From the IMG/VR virus record IMGVR_UViG_3300004369_000001, positions 1-64,000 of that record: 64,000 nt of DNA; one strand, given 5' to 3'. The translations under genes and the position numbers were made by a program. The notes beneath the pieces were generated by a model that saw only the letters and a program-made list of their open reading frames with translations, was not told the DNA's origin and did no database searches. Below, piece by piece: positions 48,308-56,219 of this stretch. The DNA comes from a virus. The stretch's first letter is position 1; every line of letters starts with the position of its first letter.

Positions 48308-48516
48308 ATGCCATTCAGAAAGTCTGCCATTGCCTCATTATATTCTTCTTCAGTGAAGAAAGTGCGACCATGAATAGTCTTAGGAAACTGCTGTTTTGCA
48401 GCAGGTCGGTAACACTCAGCGACGGTGAATCCCTTCTCTTGAATGTAATCGGTGTAAACGTTTTGCATTGCGTTGTTGTAATTAGAAAACCACTTTGCGT
48501 CGTATTTTGGCATCAT
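48304..48516 (-). CDS. Early hypothetical protein
   Basis: Probable start MMPKYDAKWF via ATGA overlap. Confidence 0.65.
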   Translation of the reverse strand: MMPKYDAKWFSNYNNAMQNVYTDYIQEKGFTVAECYRPAAKQQFPKTIHGRTFFTEEEYNEAMADFLNGM

Positions 48517-48773
48517 GCCGCTGCCTGCTCCCACACGTTGTAAAACATGTCCCAAGCGTAAGTATCAGCAACGAAGGTCTGAATGTCACACTGATCGCAT
48601 ACCCAATCGTATGCCATATCTGCATCAGCGTTAGTATCAATCACGAAATCGTAGAGACCTTCGATTGCACTCTGAAAGTCCTTATCCTCAGCGAGAGAGA
48701 CAAAGAACTTGCCAGTTTCGTTGTCGATCATGATGCGCTTGCCAGTGATAGAGAAAGAAGGAGAGTGAGTCAT
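48513..48773 (-). CDS. Early acidic hypothetical protein
   Basis: Probable start MTHSPSFS downstream of a TATAAT cassette; DADMAYDWVCDQ motif. Confidence 0.7.
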   Translation of the reverse strand: MTHSPSFSITGKRIMIDNETGKFFVSLAEDKDFQSAIEGLYDFVIDTNADADMAYDWVCDQCDIQTFVADTYAWDMFYNVWEQAAA

Positions 48774-48795
48774 TTGCTTTGTTTGGTGTCCTACC

Positions 48796-48855
48796 ATTAT
48801 AAGCACGGCATCGGGCGACCTGGGGGCATCAGTGTGCCAGTGCGTCAACTGGCAT
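48796..48855 (-). promoter_or_regulatory. Early promoter cassette
   Basis: TGCCAGT-tgacgc-ACTGGCA inverted repeat followed by TATAAT. Confidence 0.7.
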
Positions 48856-49096
48856 CATTATGTTGAAAGTATGCTGCAATGATTCGCTCATCATCCTCAT
48901 TCAAATCATCGAATGGAAGAATACTCTTACACAGATCTTTCTTTGCATCATCAATACAATCATCCAGTTGATCGTAGAGATTAGTATAATCGAAATTGCG
49001 AGCGATATATTCTGCAATCAACGGCACATCATCCTCAGGGATATCATCAAAGTTGTCGAGAATGTAGTTGTTGATGTTGATTGTGAGTTTTGCCAT
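48845..49096 (-). CDS. Acidic hypothetical protein
   Basis: 83-aa Asp-rich ORF. Confidence 0.65.
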   Translation of the reverse strand: MAKLTININNYILDNFDDIPEDDVPLIAEYIARNFDYTNLYDQLDDCIDDAKKDLCKSILPFDDLNEDDERIIAAYFQHNDAS

Positions 49097-49131
49097 TATT
49101 CTAGTGAAAGAATGATTTGAAGTAATTTATA

Positions 49132-49383
49132 TCAGCAAGCGAGACACATTGCAGAGTTGAAGAGTTGCGGTTCGGTGTGCATATCAGTCACAACATAACC
49201 ATAACCCTCAACGCGAGAATCTACTTCACGTTGGAAATCTTTCTTGTTAATGTAACGCTTGGACTGTCGTGCATTGCAGAAAGTAACAATCTTCAGAATG
49301 TAGCGAGTGCTAATGTCACCATCGGCAAACTTGACGGGATAGAAGTCAACAACCATGTTGGCATCTTTGGAGGTGAGTTGCAT
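49132..49383 (-). CDS. Early hypothetical protein
   Basis: 83 aa, MQLTSKDANMVVDFYP; directly downstream of promoter repeat copy 2. Confidence 0.75.
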   Translation of the reverse strand: MQLTSKDANMVVDFYPVKFADGDISTRYILKIVTFCNARQSKRYINKKDFQREVDSRVEGYGYVVTDMHTEPQLFNSAMCLAC

Positions 49384-49407
49384 TTGCTCTCGTTTCTTTG
49401 ACCTTGT

Positions 49408-49467
49408 TATATTTGCACAGATCGGGTGCCTGTGCCCATTTTGTGTGCAGGTTGTTGGATTGGCACA
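49408..49467 (-). repeat. Early promoter cassette repeat, copy 2
   Basis: 49396-49435 is identical to 50456-50495 (40 nt). Confidence 0.85.
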
Positions 49468-49502
49468 CTACCCTAGTTTGGGTGCTGCTGGTGGTATGCT
49501 GC

Positions 49503-49676
49503 TCAATCCCACGGGTCTCGTGCCTGAGATCCCTGTCCCTGTCTTGCCTCAAATCGCTCTTTTTCGATGATTCTAGCAAGCACGACCTGATCATCCCGCC
49601 CGCACCTGAAACCATACAAAAAACCGATCTTATAACCCAAGGCGAGACCTATGACAGTGAAAGCAACACTTAGCAT
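49503..49676 (-). CDS. 57-aa membrane micro-protein ending DPWD
   Basis: Manual translation: MLSVAFTVIGLALGYKIGFLYGFRCGRDDQVVLARIIEKERFEARQGQGSQARDPWD. Confidence 0.55.
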   Translation of the reverse strand: MLSVAFTVIGLALGYKIGFLYGFRCGRDDQVVLARIIEKERFEARQGQGSQARDPWD

Positions 49677-49679
49677 GAT

Positions 49680-49868
49680 TCAGTAAGATTGATCGAGTTT
49701 CTTGTGATCGTTGTTTGCGAGAGATAATTGCCTCTCAAACTCAATACGCAATGAGATAAGATGCCTCCTCAAGAAATCCTTGAATGTTACATGTGGATCA
49801 TCAATTTGCTTCTCAATCTCATCAATTTGTGCAAGAATTGTTTCTAATGTTTGTGATGTATCAGACAT
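49680..49868 (-). CDS. Hypothetical protein
   Basis: 62-aa helical ORF in a coupled run. Confidence 0.65.
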   Translation of the reverse strand: MSDTSQTLETILAQIDEIEKQIDDPHVTFKDFLRRHLISLRIEFERQLSLANNDHKKLDQSY

Positions 49869-50061
49869 AGAGATTATTCATGAAAGTCCATTCATACTCG
49901 CTATCTTGAGGATCAACACCATCAACAATCCACTCTTCACATACAGCAATGGCATCCTCATTCTTTCCTTCCTTAACAAGATTAGTCAAGCGAAGGAAAT
50001 AGGTTTCACCCATGTTTTCGATGCTGGTTTCCTTCTCGTTGATGTCGTAATCCATGATCAT
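49861..50061 (-). CDS. Hypothetical protein
   Basis: 66-aa acidic ORF with ATGA overlap. Confidence 0.65.
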   Translation of the reverse strand: MIMDYDINEKETSIENMGETYFLRLTNLVKEGKNEDAIAVCEEWIVDGVDPQDSEYEWTFMNNLYV

Positions 50062-50261
50062 TTAGAATGTTGAAGTCGAATGATTTTTTGAAGCAAATCA
50101 GTGTGTGGAGTATTCTCAACGAGACCGCGAAGAATAGCGAGATCACACTTATTTAACTTTGTAATGAAGATATCTTCATCGAGATCTTCATCTTGTAGAG
50201 TTAGATCTGGATTCTCCCAAAAGTCGATCCAGTCACTATCATTTGCTGCAGAAGTGATCAT
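50058..50261 (-). CDS. Hypothetical protein
   Basis: Probable start MITSAAND via TGATG overlap. Confidence 0.6.
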   Translation of the reverse strand: MITSAANDSDWIDFWENPDLTLQDEDLDEDIFITKLNKCDLAILRGLVENTPHTDLLQKIIRLQHSK

Positions 50262-50446
50262 CAGAAAGGATTGCTCCAACGCTCATATTGTGAGAGAGTG
50301 ATATAACCCTCTTTGCACAGTTTATCAGTAAAGTCATTCCATTCAGTGCGCTTCCAAACTACATCATTCTTGAGTTTGGGATGTGCATTAGTGATGACTT
50401 TCCAGTTATACTTAAACTGCTGAAGTGCTTGTGCTTTGGTAGTCAT
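50261..50446 (-). CDS. Early hypothetical protein
   Basis: 61 aa, MTTKAQALQQF..WNDFTDKLCKEGYIT..QY..W.NPF; first gene after promoter repeat copy 3. Confidence 0.75.
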   Translation of the reverse strand: MTTKAQALQQFKYNWKVITNAHPKLKNDVVWKRTEWNDFTDKLCKEGYITLSQYERWSNPF

Positions 50447-50467
50447 GTCGAATTGCTTTGACCTTGT

Positions 50468-50527
50468 TATATTTGCACAGATCGGGTGCCTGTGCTCATT
50501 TGGTGTGCAGGTTATTCAAGTGGCACA
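50468..50527 (-). repeat. Early promoter cassette repeat, copy 3
   Basis: Same core as copies 1 and 2, with upstream arm GTGCCACT. Confidence 0.85.
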
Positions 50528-50760
50528 CGACCATCCGTGATTAGATTCAGTAGAGTCTGTGCGCGTGATCGATGTAGATCATGGTATGCAATCGCACCCT
50601 CAATAGCAGACACTAACTCATCATAACATTGCCGAGGATTTGTATCATCGGAGTTGAGATAATCATCGATTGCCTCTTCAAGACGTTGGCGACGTTGCTC
50701 AGAATACTTCTTATCCACTTCAGATTGCAGGTGGAAGGTGTAAGCGTCAGTCATAATCAA
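50512..50760 (-). CDS. Hypothetical protein
   Basis: 82 aa; YSEQRRQRLEEAIDDYL. Confidence 0.7.
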   Translation of the reverse strand: MIMTDAYTFHLQSEVDKKYSEQRRQRLEEAIDDYLNSDDTNPRQCYDELVSAIEGAIAYHDLHRSRAQTLLNLITDGRVPLE

Positions 50761-51029
50761 ACAAGTTGCAGTTGAGGGGCATTTGTAACTTTGAAAGTGT
50801 TACCATCAGTGCCGATGGAAACATTAGGGGGGAGAATGGAGTTGTTGTCAATAACCTCCCAAGTGTTGTCAGTCTCCTTGATGACAGCGAAACCAAAGAC
50901 ACCAGCAGTAGGCATCATAAACAAACCGTGCTTTTCTGCCTGCCTAGCAGATGCAAACCCACGGGCAGTGATAGTCCAGGTGATACCAGACTGATCACCA
51001 CCGAAGTATGCACAAATGAAGTCAGTCAC
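50757..51029 (-). CDS. Early hypothetical protein
   Basis: Probable GTG start (MTDFICAYFGG) after an A-rich leader and promoter cassette. Confidence 0.7.
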   Translation of the reverse strand: MTDFICAYFGGDQSGITWTITARGFASARQAEKHGLFMMPTAGVFGFAVIKETDNTWEVIDNNSILPPNVSIGTDGNTFKVTNAPQLQLV

Positions 51030-51056
51030 GTTGCTTTGTTTGTTTGTTACCTGAGT

Positions 51057-51114
51057 ATTGTAGGGCACAGCGGGTCACTGGGCGCTTGGAGTGTGGAGGT
51101 TTGTAGAGTGGCAC
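51057..51114 (-). promoter_or_regulatory. Early promoter cassette
   Basis: GTGCCACT-ctacaa-ACCTCCACAC ... TACAAT. Confidence 0.6.
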
Positions 51115-51116
51115 AA

Positions 51117-51287
51117 TCAACGATAGAGGGGCGATCGATTGAGTTGATAACCCTCACGCAATGCATGTATGATTATATTATCATACGAATGTGAGCGGAG
51201 AGGGATGTGTCGGTGCAACAAATAATCTTCACAATCTTCTGCTAATGCCTCTTTATCTTCGTGTGACATTGATTCGAGATCGATCAT
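51117..51287 (-). CDS. 56-aa hypothetical protein
   Basis: Manual translation: MIDLESMSHEDKEALAEDCEDYLLHRHIPLRSHSYDNIIIHALREGYQLNRSPLYR. Confidence 0.6.
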   Translation of the reverse strand: MIDLESMSHEDKEALAEDCEDYLLHRHIPLRSHSYDNIIIHALREGYQLNRSPLYR

Positions 51288-51344
51288 TGGTTGTCTTCAA
51301 ACAGAAACACAGTCTACTCTATGTATGGACTTCAGCACCGAAAC

Positions 51345-51878
51345 TTAAGGATGATTTCGGATTTCAGGTGGGACACAGATTAGTCCTAGAGTGAGTCTAA
51401 CTCCTCTAGATGGTGGATTGCCCCAGTGATGCAAATGGGATGGAAATATCACCATTCTATTCTCTTTGAATGGTATCCTGTGCAGTGATTCAGTAGAATG
51501 ATCTGCAAAGATCAAATCACCATCAATACCCTCCACCATGTAAACTACACTCATTGGACCAATCTCATCAGCATCAGTATGCTCTTCAGACAATAGTCCA
51601 ACACTTTGAAAGTTTAACAGTGTGCGTTGCACTTTATATCCAGGCAACAGATCATCATCATGAGTAACATCAGCGTTGAGATATTCAACAAACCAATCAT
51701 ACTCAGGACCAACCCATCTTCCATTGGATACCATCATCGTCCCGAAGAATCTGCTCTTTTGATAGTTACCATAGGGTGAGTTTGTGAAGCGCACAGGATA
51801 CTCTAGAAGGCGCTGTGATGCCTCTGAAAGCATCCAGGTAGGGTATCTATCATCGATGACCTTAATTAGATCTTTCAC
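51345..51878 (-). CDS. 2OG-Fe(II) oxygenase
   Basis: HTD...VVYM..G.LIF...NRMVIFPS..HH...R.TL motifs. Confidence 0.8.
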   Translation of the reverse strand: MKDLIKVIDDRYPTWMLSEASQRLLEYPVRFTNSPYGNYQKSRFFGTMMVSNGRWVGPEYDWFVEYLNADVTHDDDLLPGYKVQRTLLNFQSVGLLSEEHTDADEIGPMSVVYMVEGIDGDLIFADHSTESLHRIPFKENRMVIFPSHLHHWGNPPSRGVRLTLGLICVPPEIRNHP

Positions 51879-52063
51879 TTGAATCCTCCTCCTTTTGTCT
51901 TAGCATCAAGCACCTCAACATGTGATAGATGTTGTGGGAAGTTCCACCATGCTCTCATCACATCTTCATAATCATCTAGAATCTTGACACTACCATCGAC
52001 ACACCATACTTTATAACGATGTCGATCATATGGAGCATCTGATGTGCGTGTGAAGTGTGTCAT
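51875..52063 (-). CDS. Conserved hypothetical protein
   Basis: 62 aa; FT.TSDAPYDRH.YK...VEVLD....GF. Confidence 0.75.
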   Translation of the reverse strand: MTHFTRTSDAPYDRHRYKVWCVDGSVKILDDYEDVMRAWWNFPQHLSHVEVLDAKTKGGGFK

Positions 52064-52263
52064 TTGTTTTCTTCAATCAACCAATTATCATCTTGTGGAG
52101 CATCAACCCAAAACCAATAATCTGGGTTGTCCCATGCACTAACGAAGATGCGATTGCCCTTCTTGTGCTCTACTCTCACTTGGTTTTTGTTATTCAGATA
52201 ATTAGCAAGATCATTCCTTGCTTTTTCGCTGATAGGTATAACGGTGGCAGTATTTCTTAGCAT
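52060..52263 (-). CDS. Hypothetical protein
   Basis: 67 aa; V.PIS.KA.N..AN...YWFWV...D.NW. Confidence 0.7.
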   Translation of the reverse strand: MLRNTATVIPISEKARNDLANYLNNKNQVRVEHKKGNRIFVSAWDNPDYWFWVDAPQDDNWLIEENK

Positions 52264-52529
52264 GGTGGTGGCATTGCGGTGAATGGTGTGGTGAGATCTT
52301 TATCAATCTCACTTCCTACTTTCTTTGCATTTATAGGAGAATGAATTGCTCCTGTTTTCTTCTTGATAAATCCCCACACAGTTTTAACTGGTTCAGTGGT
52401 ATAAACGTAGGGATAGTGATGATGTAACCACACAACATCGTAAGTCTTGTTAAACTCAGCGACGCTGTAATGATACCCATCGGGTGCCTCATGAATCATG
52501 TGAGAATTGTCAATAGGTGAGGTTTGCAA
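52257..52529 (-). CDS. Conserved hypothetical protein
   Basis: 90 aa; HEAPDGY.Y..VKTVWGF...SPINAKKVG...TPFTAM (true start may be Met11 at 52499). Confidence 0.7.
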   Translation of the reverse strand: MQTSPIDNSHMIHEAPDGYHYSVAEFNKTYDVVWLHHHYPYVYTTEPVKTVWGFIKKKTGAIHSPINAKKVGSEIDKDLTTPFTAMPPPC

Positions 52530-53335
52530 AGTTTAGCACGTTTCTGTGCCATTTCACAGTAAGTTTGATCAATCTCAAAACCAATAAACTTCCTGCCCTC
52601 TTCTATACACACCTGAGCAGTTGTGCCACTACCCATGAAAGGATCAAGCACCACATCATTCTTATCACTCCAGGTGATAATATGACCTCTTGCTAACTCC
52701 TCAGGCATGGTTGCAGGGTGTTTGTATGACTCTTTGGATGATTGTCCAAACCCACCGCTATTCTTAATCTTCCAAATGTTGGTCCTTACACCATATTCTC
52801 TGATTTCTTTGCTCTTCTTGCCTGGGTCATGCATTGTCCCATCCTTGCGCCTGGTTTTAGCATTTCCGAAGGAAGTATAACCTGCCCATGCATTTTTCTT
52901 ATCTTGGATAAGATTGATGGTCTTAGGTTTGCCCTTGGAGAGGATAAAACAATACTCAAAGATTTGAGTATATCTCACGCTATTAGGACCAGAAGCAAAT
53001 GCTGTGCCTGTCTTTTCATAGATCATAGTATCATGTAGACGGAGACCATGAGCATCCATAAAGTATAGGCACTGACGAAAACTACTACCAGTTTCACTAC
53101 CTTTTACCGTTGCGTCGTTGACATTCCACATGATAACACCGCCAGGTTTCAATACCCTGACGATGCTATCTGCTACCCTCTTGAATACCTCATGGTCCCA
53201 CTTGCTGCTGTCATTGTATGTCCGCAGGTCATCGTAGGGAGGAGAGGTGATCACTAGATCCACACTCTCCTCATCCATGAGTTGCATCCCATCGATGCAA
53301 TTCATCAGGTAAGTATCATTGAGCGAGAGTTTCAT
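52496..53335 (-). CDS. Beta-class N4-cytosine/N6-adenine DNA methyltransferase
   Basis: Motif IV DLVITSPPY near the N-terminus, with HPA.MP and motif I VLDPFMGSGTT near the C-terminus. SPPY suggests m4C. Probable start MKLSLND. Confidence 0.92.
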   Translation of the reverse strand: MKLSLNDTYLMNCIDGMQLMDEESVDLVITSPPYDDLRTYNDSSKWDHEVFKRVADSIVRVLKPGGVIMWNVNDATVKGSETGSSFRQCLYFMDAHGLRLHDTMIYEKTGTAFASGPNSVRYTQIFEYCFILSKGKPKTINLIQDKKNAWAGYTSFGNAKTRRKDGTMHDPGKKSKEIREYGVRTNIWKIKNSGGFGQSSKESYKHPATMPEELARGHIITWSDKNDVVLDPFMGSGTTAQVCIEEGRKFIGFEIDQTYCEMAQKRAKLCKPHLLTILT

Positions 53336-53921
53336 ATTCGGTGTGGATAAACTTGGTGGTGCTTCTGATTTTACCATAGATCACAGTAATGCAAGCAGCA
53401 TCATCTTTGTGGATCTGCAGTTTGCTGAAACCGTTGTTATTCTTGCCAGTCTTTGTAACGCTGTCAGTCCACCCAGTCGCCTCATTAGTGGCGAGGGAGA
53501 GGTCAACAATAGCAGCGAAACAACGAGGGAAGATGTTACCAACCTGCTGCACTTTGCAGACAAAGACCTTATCAACCTTAGTCTTGCTGTGGTTGTTGCC
53601 AGTAGCGAAGGATGAAGTATCCTGACCCAGTGTCAGTTTATTCTCCAACTCTTCCTGCAACAGGATAGCATCATAACCAGTAGTCTCTTCGGTGATGTAA
53701 TCAACTCCGAGATTCTTGGCAGCATCCTCTAGAGCAGGGTTGAAGATGTTGGCAAGCAGTTTAGTCTTGTCAACAGTATTCTCACCAAAATACTCATCGA
53801 GATCGCCATAACGACCGCCAGAGATGATGCTGAGACCTTTAGAAAGACGCTGGGTGGTGAGGTTGAGAGCGGCAGGAATCAGGCGAAAGAGTTGATCAGC
53901 GAGTTGTGCGTTTGTTGCCAT
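53316..53921 (-). CDS. Putative PD-(D/E)xK nuclease / restriction-endonuclease-like protein
   Basis: GYDAILLQEELENKLT fits D-x(n)-ExK; overlaps the MTase start by 20 nt. The ORF itself is solid; the function is an inference. Confidence 0.5.
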   Translation of the reverse strand: MATNAQLADQLFRLIPAALNLTTQRLSKGLSIISGGRYGDLDEYFGENTVDKTKLLANIFNPALEDAAKNLGVDYITEETTGYDAILLQEELENKLTLGQDTSSFATGNNHSKTKVDKVFVCKVQQVGNIFPRCFAAIVDLSLATNEATGWTDSVTKTGKNNNGFSKLQIHKDDAACITVIYGKIRSTTKFIHTEYETLAQ

Positions 53922-53945
53922 TGATCGAATTGCTTTGACCTTACT

Positions 53946-54002
53946 AATATACAGACAAAATCACCGTGCGGTGCAAATAGTGGACGGTTTGGCAACTGGC
54001 AC
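53946..54002 (-). promoter_or_regulatory. Early promoter cassette
   Basis: GTGCCAGT-tgccaa-ACCGTCCAC..TTGCAC...TGTATATT; leader AAGGTCAAAGCAATTCGA shared with the 50446 gene. Confidence 0.7.
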
Positions 54003-54161
54003 ATCATTCCAATGTCTGATCACTCCTGCAACAATGAAACAATTAGTGATGAAATAAGTGACAAATATAATAGACCGTATACTAGCAATGTTGTCTGCTT
54101 CTCGTTTATCATGGGATGCTTTTTCTCCGAGTGCTTTACACCACAGTCGCCATAGTTTCAT
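53961..54161 (-). CDS. Small membrane protein
   Basis: WRLWCKALGEKA...AD.IA.IR..IF..Y.ITN.FIVAGV.RHWN, a motif typical of a small T4-like marine phage family. Confidence 0.75.
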   Translation of the reverse strand: MKLWRLWCKALGEKASHDKREADNIASIRSIIFVTYFITNCFIVAGVIRHWNDVPVAKPSTICTAR

Positions 54162-54388
54162 TCAAACTCTTCTACGATTGGATGATAGGGTAAAACAGGA
54201 ATTGGATGCTTTGTATCATAGTAACCCATCTTGTGCCAGTAGCAATCAAGCATCATCAATTCTTCAGTTGGATCTTTAATGTTATATGCATCAATGTATG
54301 GGTAGTAGTCATCACATTGCCTTACAATAGCAGCAGGCACCTCAATAGGTTTCCAGTGCAGTGGTTCTTGAATAATAATGGGTATCAT
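54158..54388 (-). CDS. Hypothetical protein
   Basis: 76 aa with ATGA overlaps. Confidence 0.65.
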   Translation of the reverse strand: MIPIIIQEPLHWKPIEVPAAIVRQCDDYYPYIDAYNIKDPTEELMMLDCYWHKMGYYDTKHPIPVLPYHPIVEEFE

Positions 54389-55623
54389 ACGAGTGCAGTA
54401 GGAGGGACACCTTTGATGAAGATCTCATCAACAACGCGCTGCAGGCGCTTGACAACTTGAGCACCATAATTCTGATGCACAGGCACAGTCACGAAACCAG
54501 TGGGTTTGCGATAGTTAGCAAATGCACCAGGAGTGAGAGCACCAGATTGCAAATCTGCAGCGTCATCTTTATGTAGACGGATCACACGTCCGATCGTTTG
54601 TGCCATCTCAACCACGTTAAGATTACGCAGCAGGATGCAATGAGTGAGACCAGGGACGTTGATACCTTCAGAGAGAATAGAGTAGTGGAAGATAACAAAC
54701 TTGCGTCCATCTTCCTTACCCCATGCAGTCAACGTGTCGAAGAATACTTCACGATTGACCTTCTTATCGTTGACATATGCACCAAACTTAGAGGTAACAT
54801 GGAGCACATCATAACCACGCTCTTTCAACTCTTGGAGGATAGAAGTGTGACCGATGATGTTACCGAGCACCTTGGAAGATGGCACAGCAACCAACACTTT
54901 AGCAGCGTGAGTCTCGTCCAGATTGTCTAGCACATCTTGAATAGATTGCGAGTGATGCACATGTGCCTCATCCTTACTGATGCTCTTGTTGATAGTGAAG
55001 GGCACAATAGTGGGAGGGATGATGCTACCACCAGCAATCAATTCAGGTGCAGGCACACTACAAATAACGTTGCCATACACATCTGCGTTATTCATACCAC
55101 GGCGGTCACGATGACTAATGCGAGGAGTAGCAGTAAAGAAGTAAGCAGAGGAAGCGATGTCACTAACACAAACAGTAGAAACAAAGAAAGACTTTGCAAC
55201 ACTGTTATGTGCTTCGTCAAAGTAAGCACAGTCAATAGTAATGCCAGAGTTAGCAACACGATGGAGAGAATGATAGGTGGTAAAGATAATGCAGGACTCA
55301 CCTGCAGCGCGAGCAGTGTTAGCGAAGAGAGCAATGTTGTCGCTCTTGGTGCTGCTGTAGAAGTGAGTTTCACCACTATGAGCATGACACACATGCACGT
55401 TGCTCTTATCAACAAACTGCATAAACTCATCGCAGAGTTGATTTGCGAGGAGAATACGAGGTGCGACAACTACAATAGTGGCACCTTTCTGCAGTTTGTT
55501 GATAGCATCTTGAATCATAATGAAGGTCTTGCCACCACCAGTGGGGACAATGATCTGACCTTTGTTATATGATTCCATCGCCTCTAGAGCACGCTGCTGG
55601 TGAGGGCGAAGAGTGATGGGCAT
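54385..55623 (-). CDS. SF2 DEAH helicase (ResIII / type III Res-like)
   Basis: LRPHQ, PTGGGKT, FDEAH, TATP, LSEGINVP and QTIGRVIR motifs; no nuclease domain apparent. Confidence 0.9.
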   Translation of the reverse strand: MPITLRPHQQRALEAMESYNKGQIIVPTGGGKTFIMIQDAINKLQKGATIVVVAPRILLANQLCDEFMQFVDKSNVHVCHAHSGETHFYSSTKSDNIALFANTARAAGESCIIFTTYHSLHRVANSGITIDCAYFDEAHNSVAKSFFVSTVCVSDIASSAYFFTATPRISHRDRRGMNNADVYGNVICSVPAPELIAGGSIIPPTIVPFTINKSISKDEAHVHHSQSIQDVLDNLDETHAAKVLVAVPSSKVLGNIIGHTSILQELKERGYDVLHVTSKFGAYVNDKKVNREVFFDTLTAWGKEDGRKFVIFHYSILSEGINVPGLTHCILLRNLNVVEMAQTIGRVIRLHKDDAADLQSGALTPGAFANYRKPTGFVTVPVHQNYGAQVVKRLQRVVDEIFIKGVPPTALV

Positions 55624-55649
55624 GGAGTGCTGGGCGCTTGTCTCCAGAT

Positions 55650-55703
55650 ATTATACACGAAAAAGGGCACCCATAGGTGCCCTGTGCCAGTCTGTTGACT
55701 GTC
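55650..55703 (-). promoter_or_regulatory. Early promoter cassette with embedded terminator hairpin
   Basis: GACAGT-caacag-ACTGGCACA-GGGCACC-TATG-GGTGCCC-TTTTT-CGTG-TATAAT. Confidence 0.75.
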
Positions 55704-56032
55704 TATCGTTTGTTTATATCAGGGAGCATATCATTCCCTGGGTGATCGTCAACAACTCCAGTATAGGATTTGCCATACTGTTTAATGGGTTCCATCTCTA
55801 CATCTTCCCATTGATGAGGGTAGATAACAATGCAACACTTGTTGACTCTATCAAATGCATGTTCGTCTTCAGTCTCATCCTTGCTGATGCATAGAGTGAC
55901 ATACTCATCTCCTACAAACTCGATATTGCCCTCAAAACCATTGAAACGGGCGCGAGCACCCTTCACAAAATACTTCATAATGTTTCTCAATTCAATAGCA
56001 GGACTATTACCGATTAGGAGTGGTGTTGTCAT
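55703..56032 (-). CDS. Hypothetical protein
   Basis: 109 aa; G.I.FVGDEYVTLCI...CCIVIYP.QW. Confidence 0.7.
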   Translation of the reverse strand: MTTPLLIGNSPAIELRNIMKYFVKGARARFNGFEGNIEFVGDEYVTLCISKDETEDEHAFDRVNKCCIVIYPHQWEDVEMEPIKQYGKSYTGVVDDHPGNDMLPDINKR

Positions 56033-56187
56033 TGATTAAGATGCAGTGTTTCTCGAATGTGTTTCAACAACTGCTCTTGTTTGGGTGATAAACCCCCGCT
56101 AGCGAGGTATTTATTACTGTAGAGAAAGAGCGATTGTTTGATGACCTTTTTCTCTTCGTCAGATAGGATTGCAGATTTTGCCCACAT
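56029..56187 (-). CDS. 52-aa hypothetical protein
   Basis: Manual translation: MWAKSAILSDEEKKVIKQSLFLYSNKYLASGGLSPKQEQLLKHIRETLHLNQ; a CTAAATA late promoter is at 56212-18. Confidence 0.6.
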   Translation of the reverse strand: MWAKSAILSDEEKKVIKQSLFLYSNKYLASGGLSPKQEQLLKHIRETLHLNQ

Positions 56188-56219
56188 CGTATCCCCCAAG
56201 CATGGATACCCTATTTAGA

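Noticed and set aside
48249-50527. Three ~46-nt repeats as a CRISPR array or IS ends
   Set aside because: They are ~1.1 kb apart with whole genes between them, each sits upstream of a start codon, and no cas or transposase gene is present. They are better explained as promoter cassettes.
54385-55623. Complete Type III restriction enzyme
   Set aside because: At 412 aa it covers only the helicase core with no nuclease domain, and the nearby MTase is a small enzyme in a separate promoter cassette.
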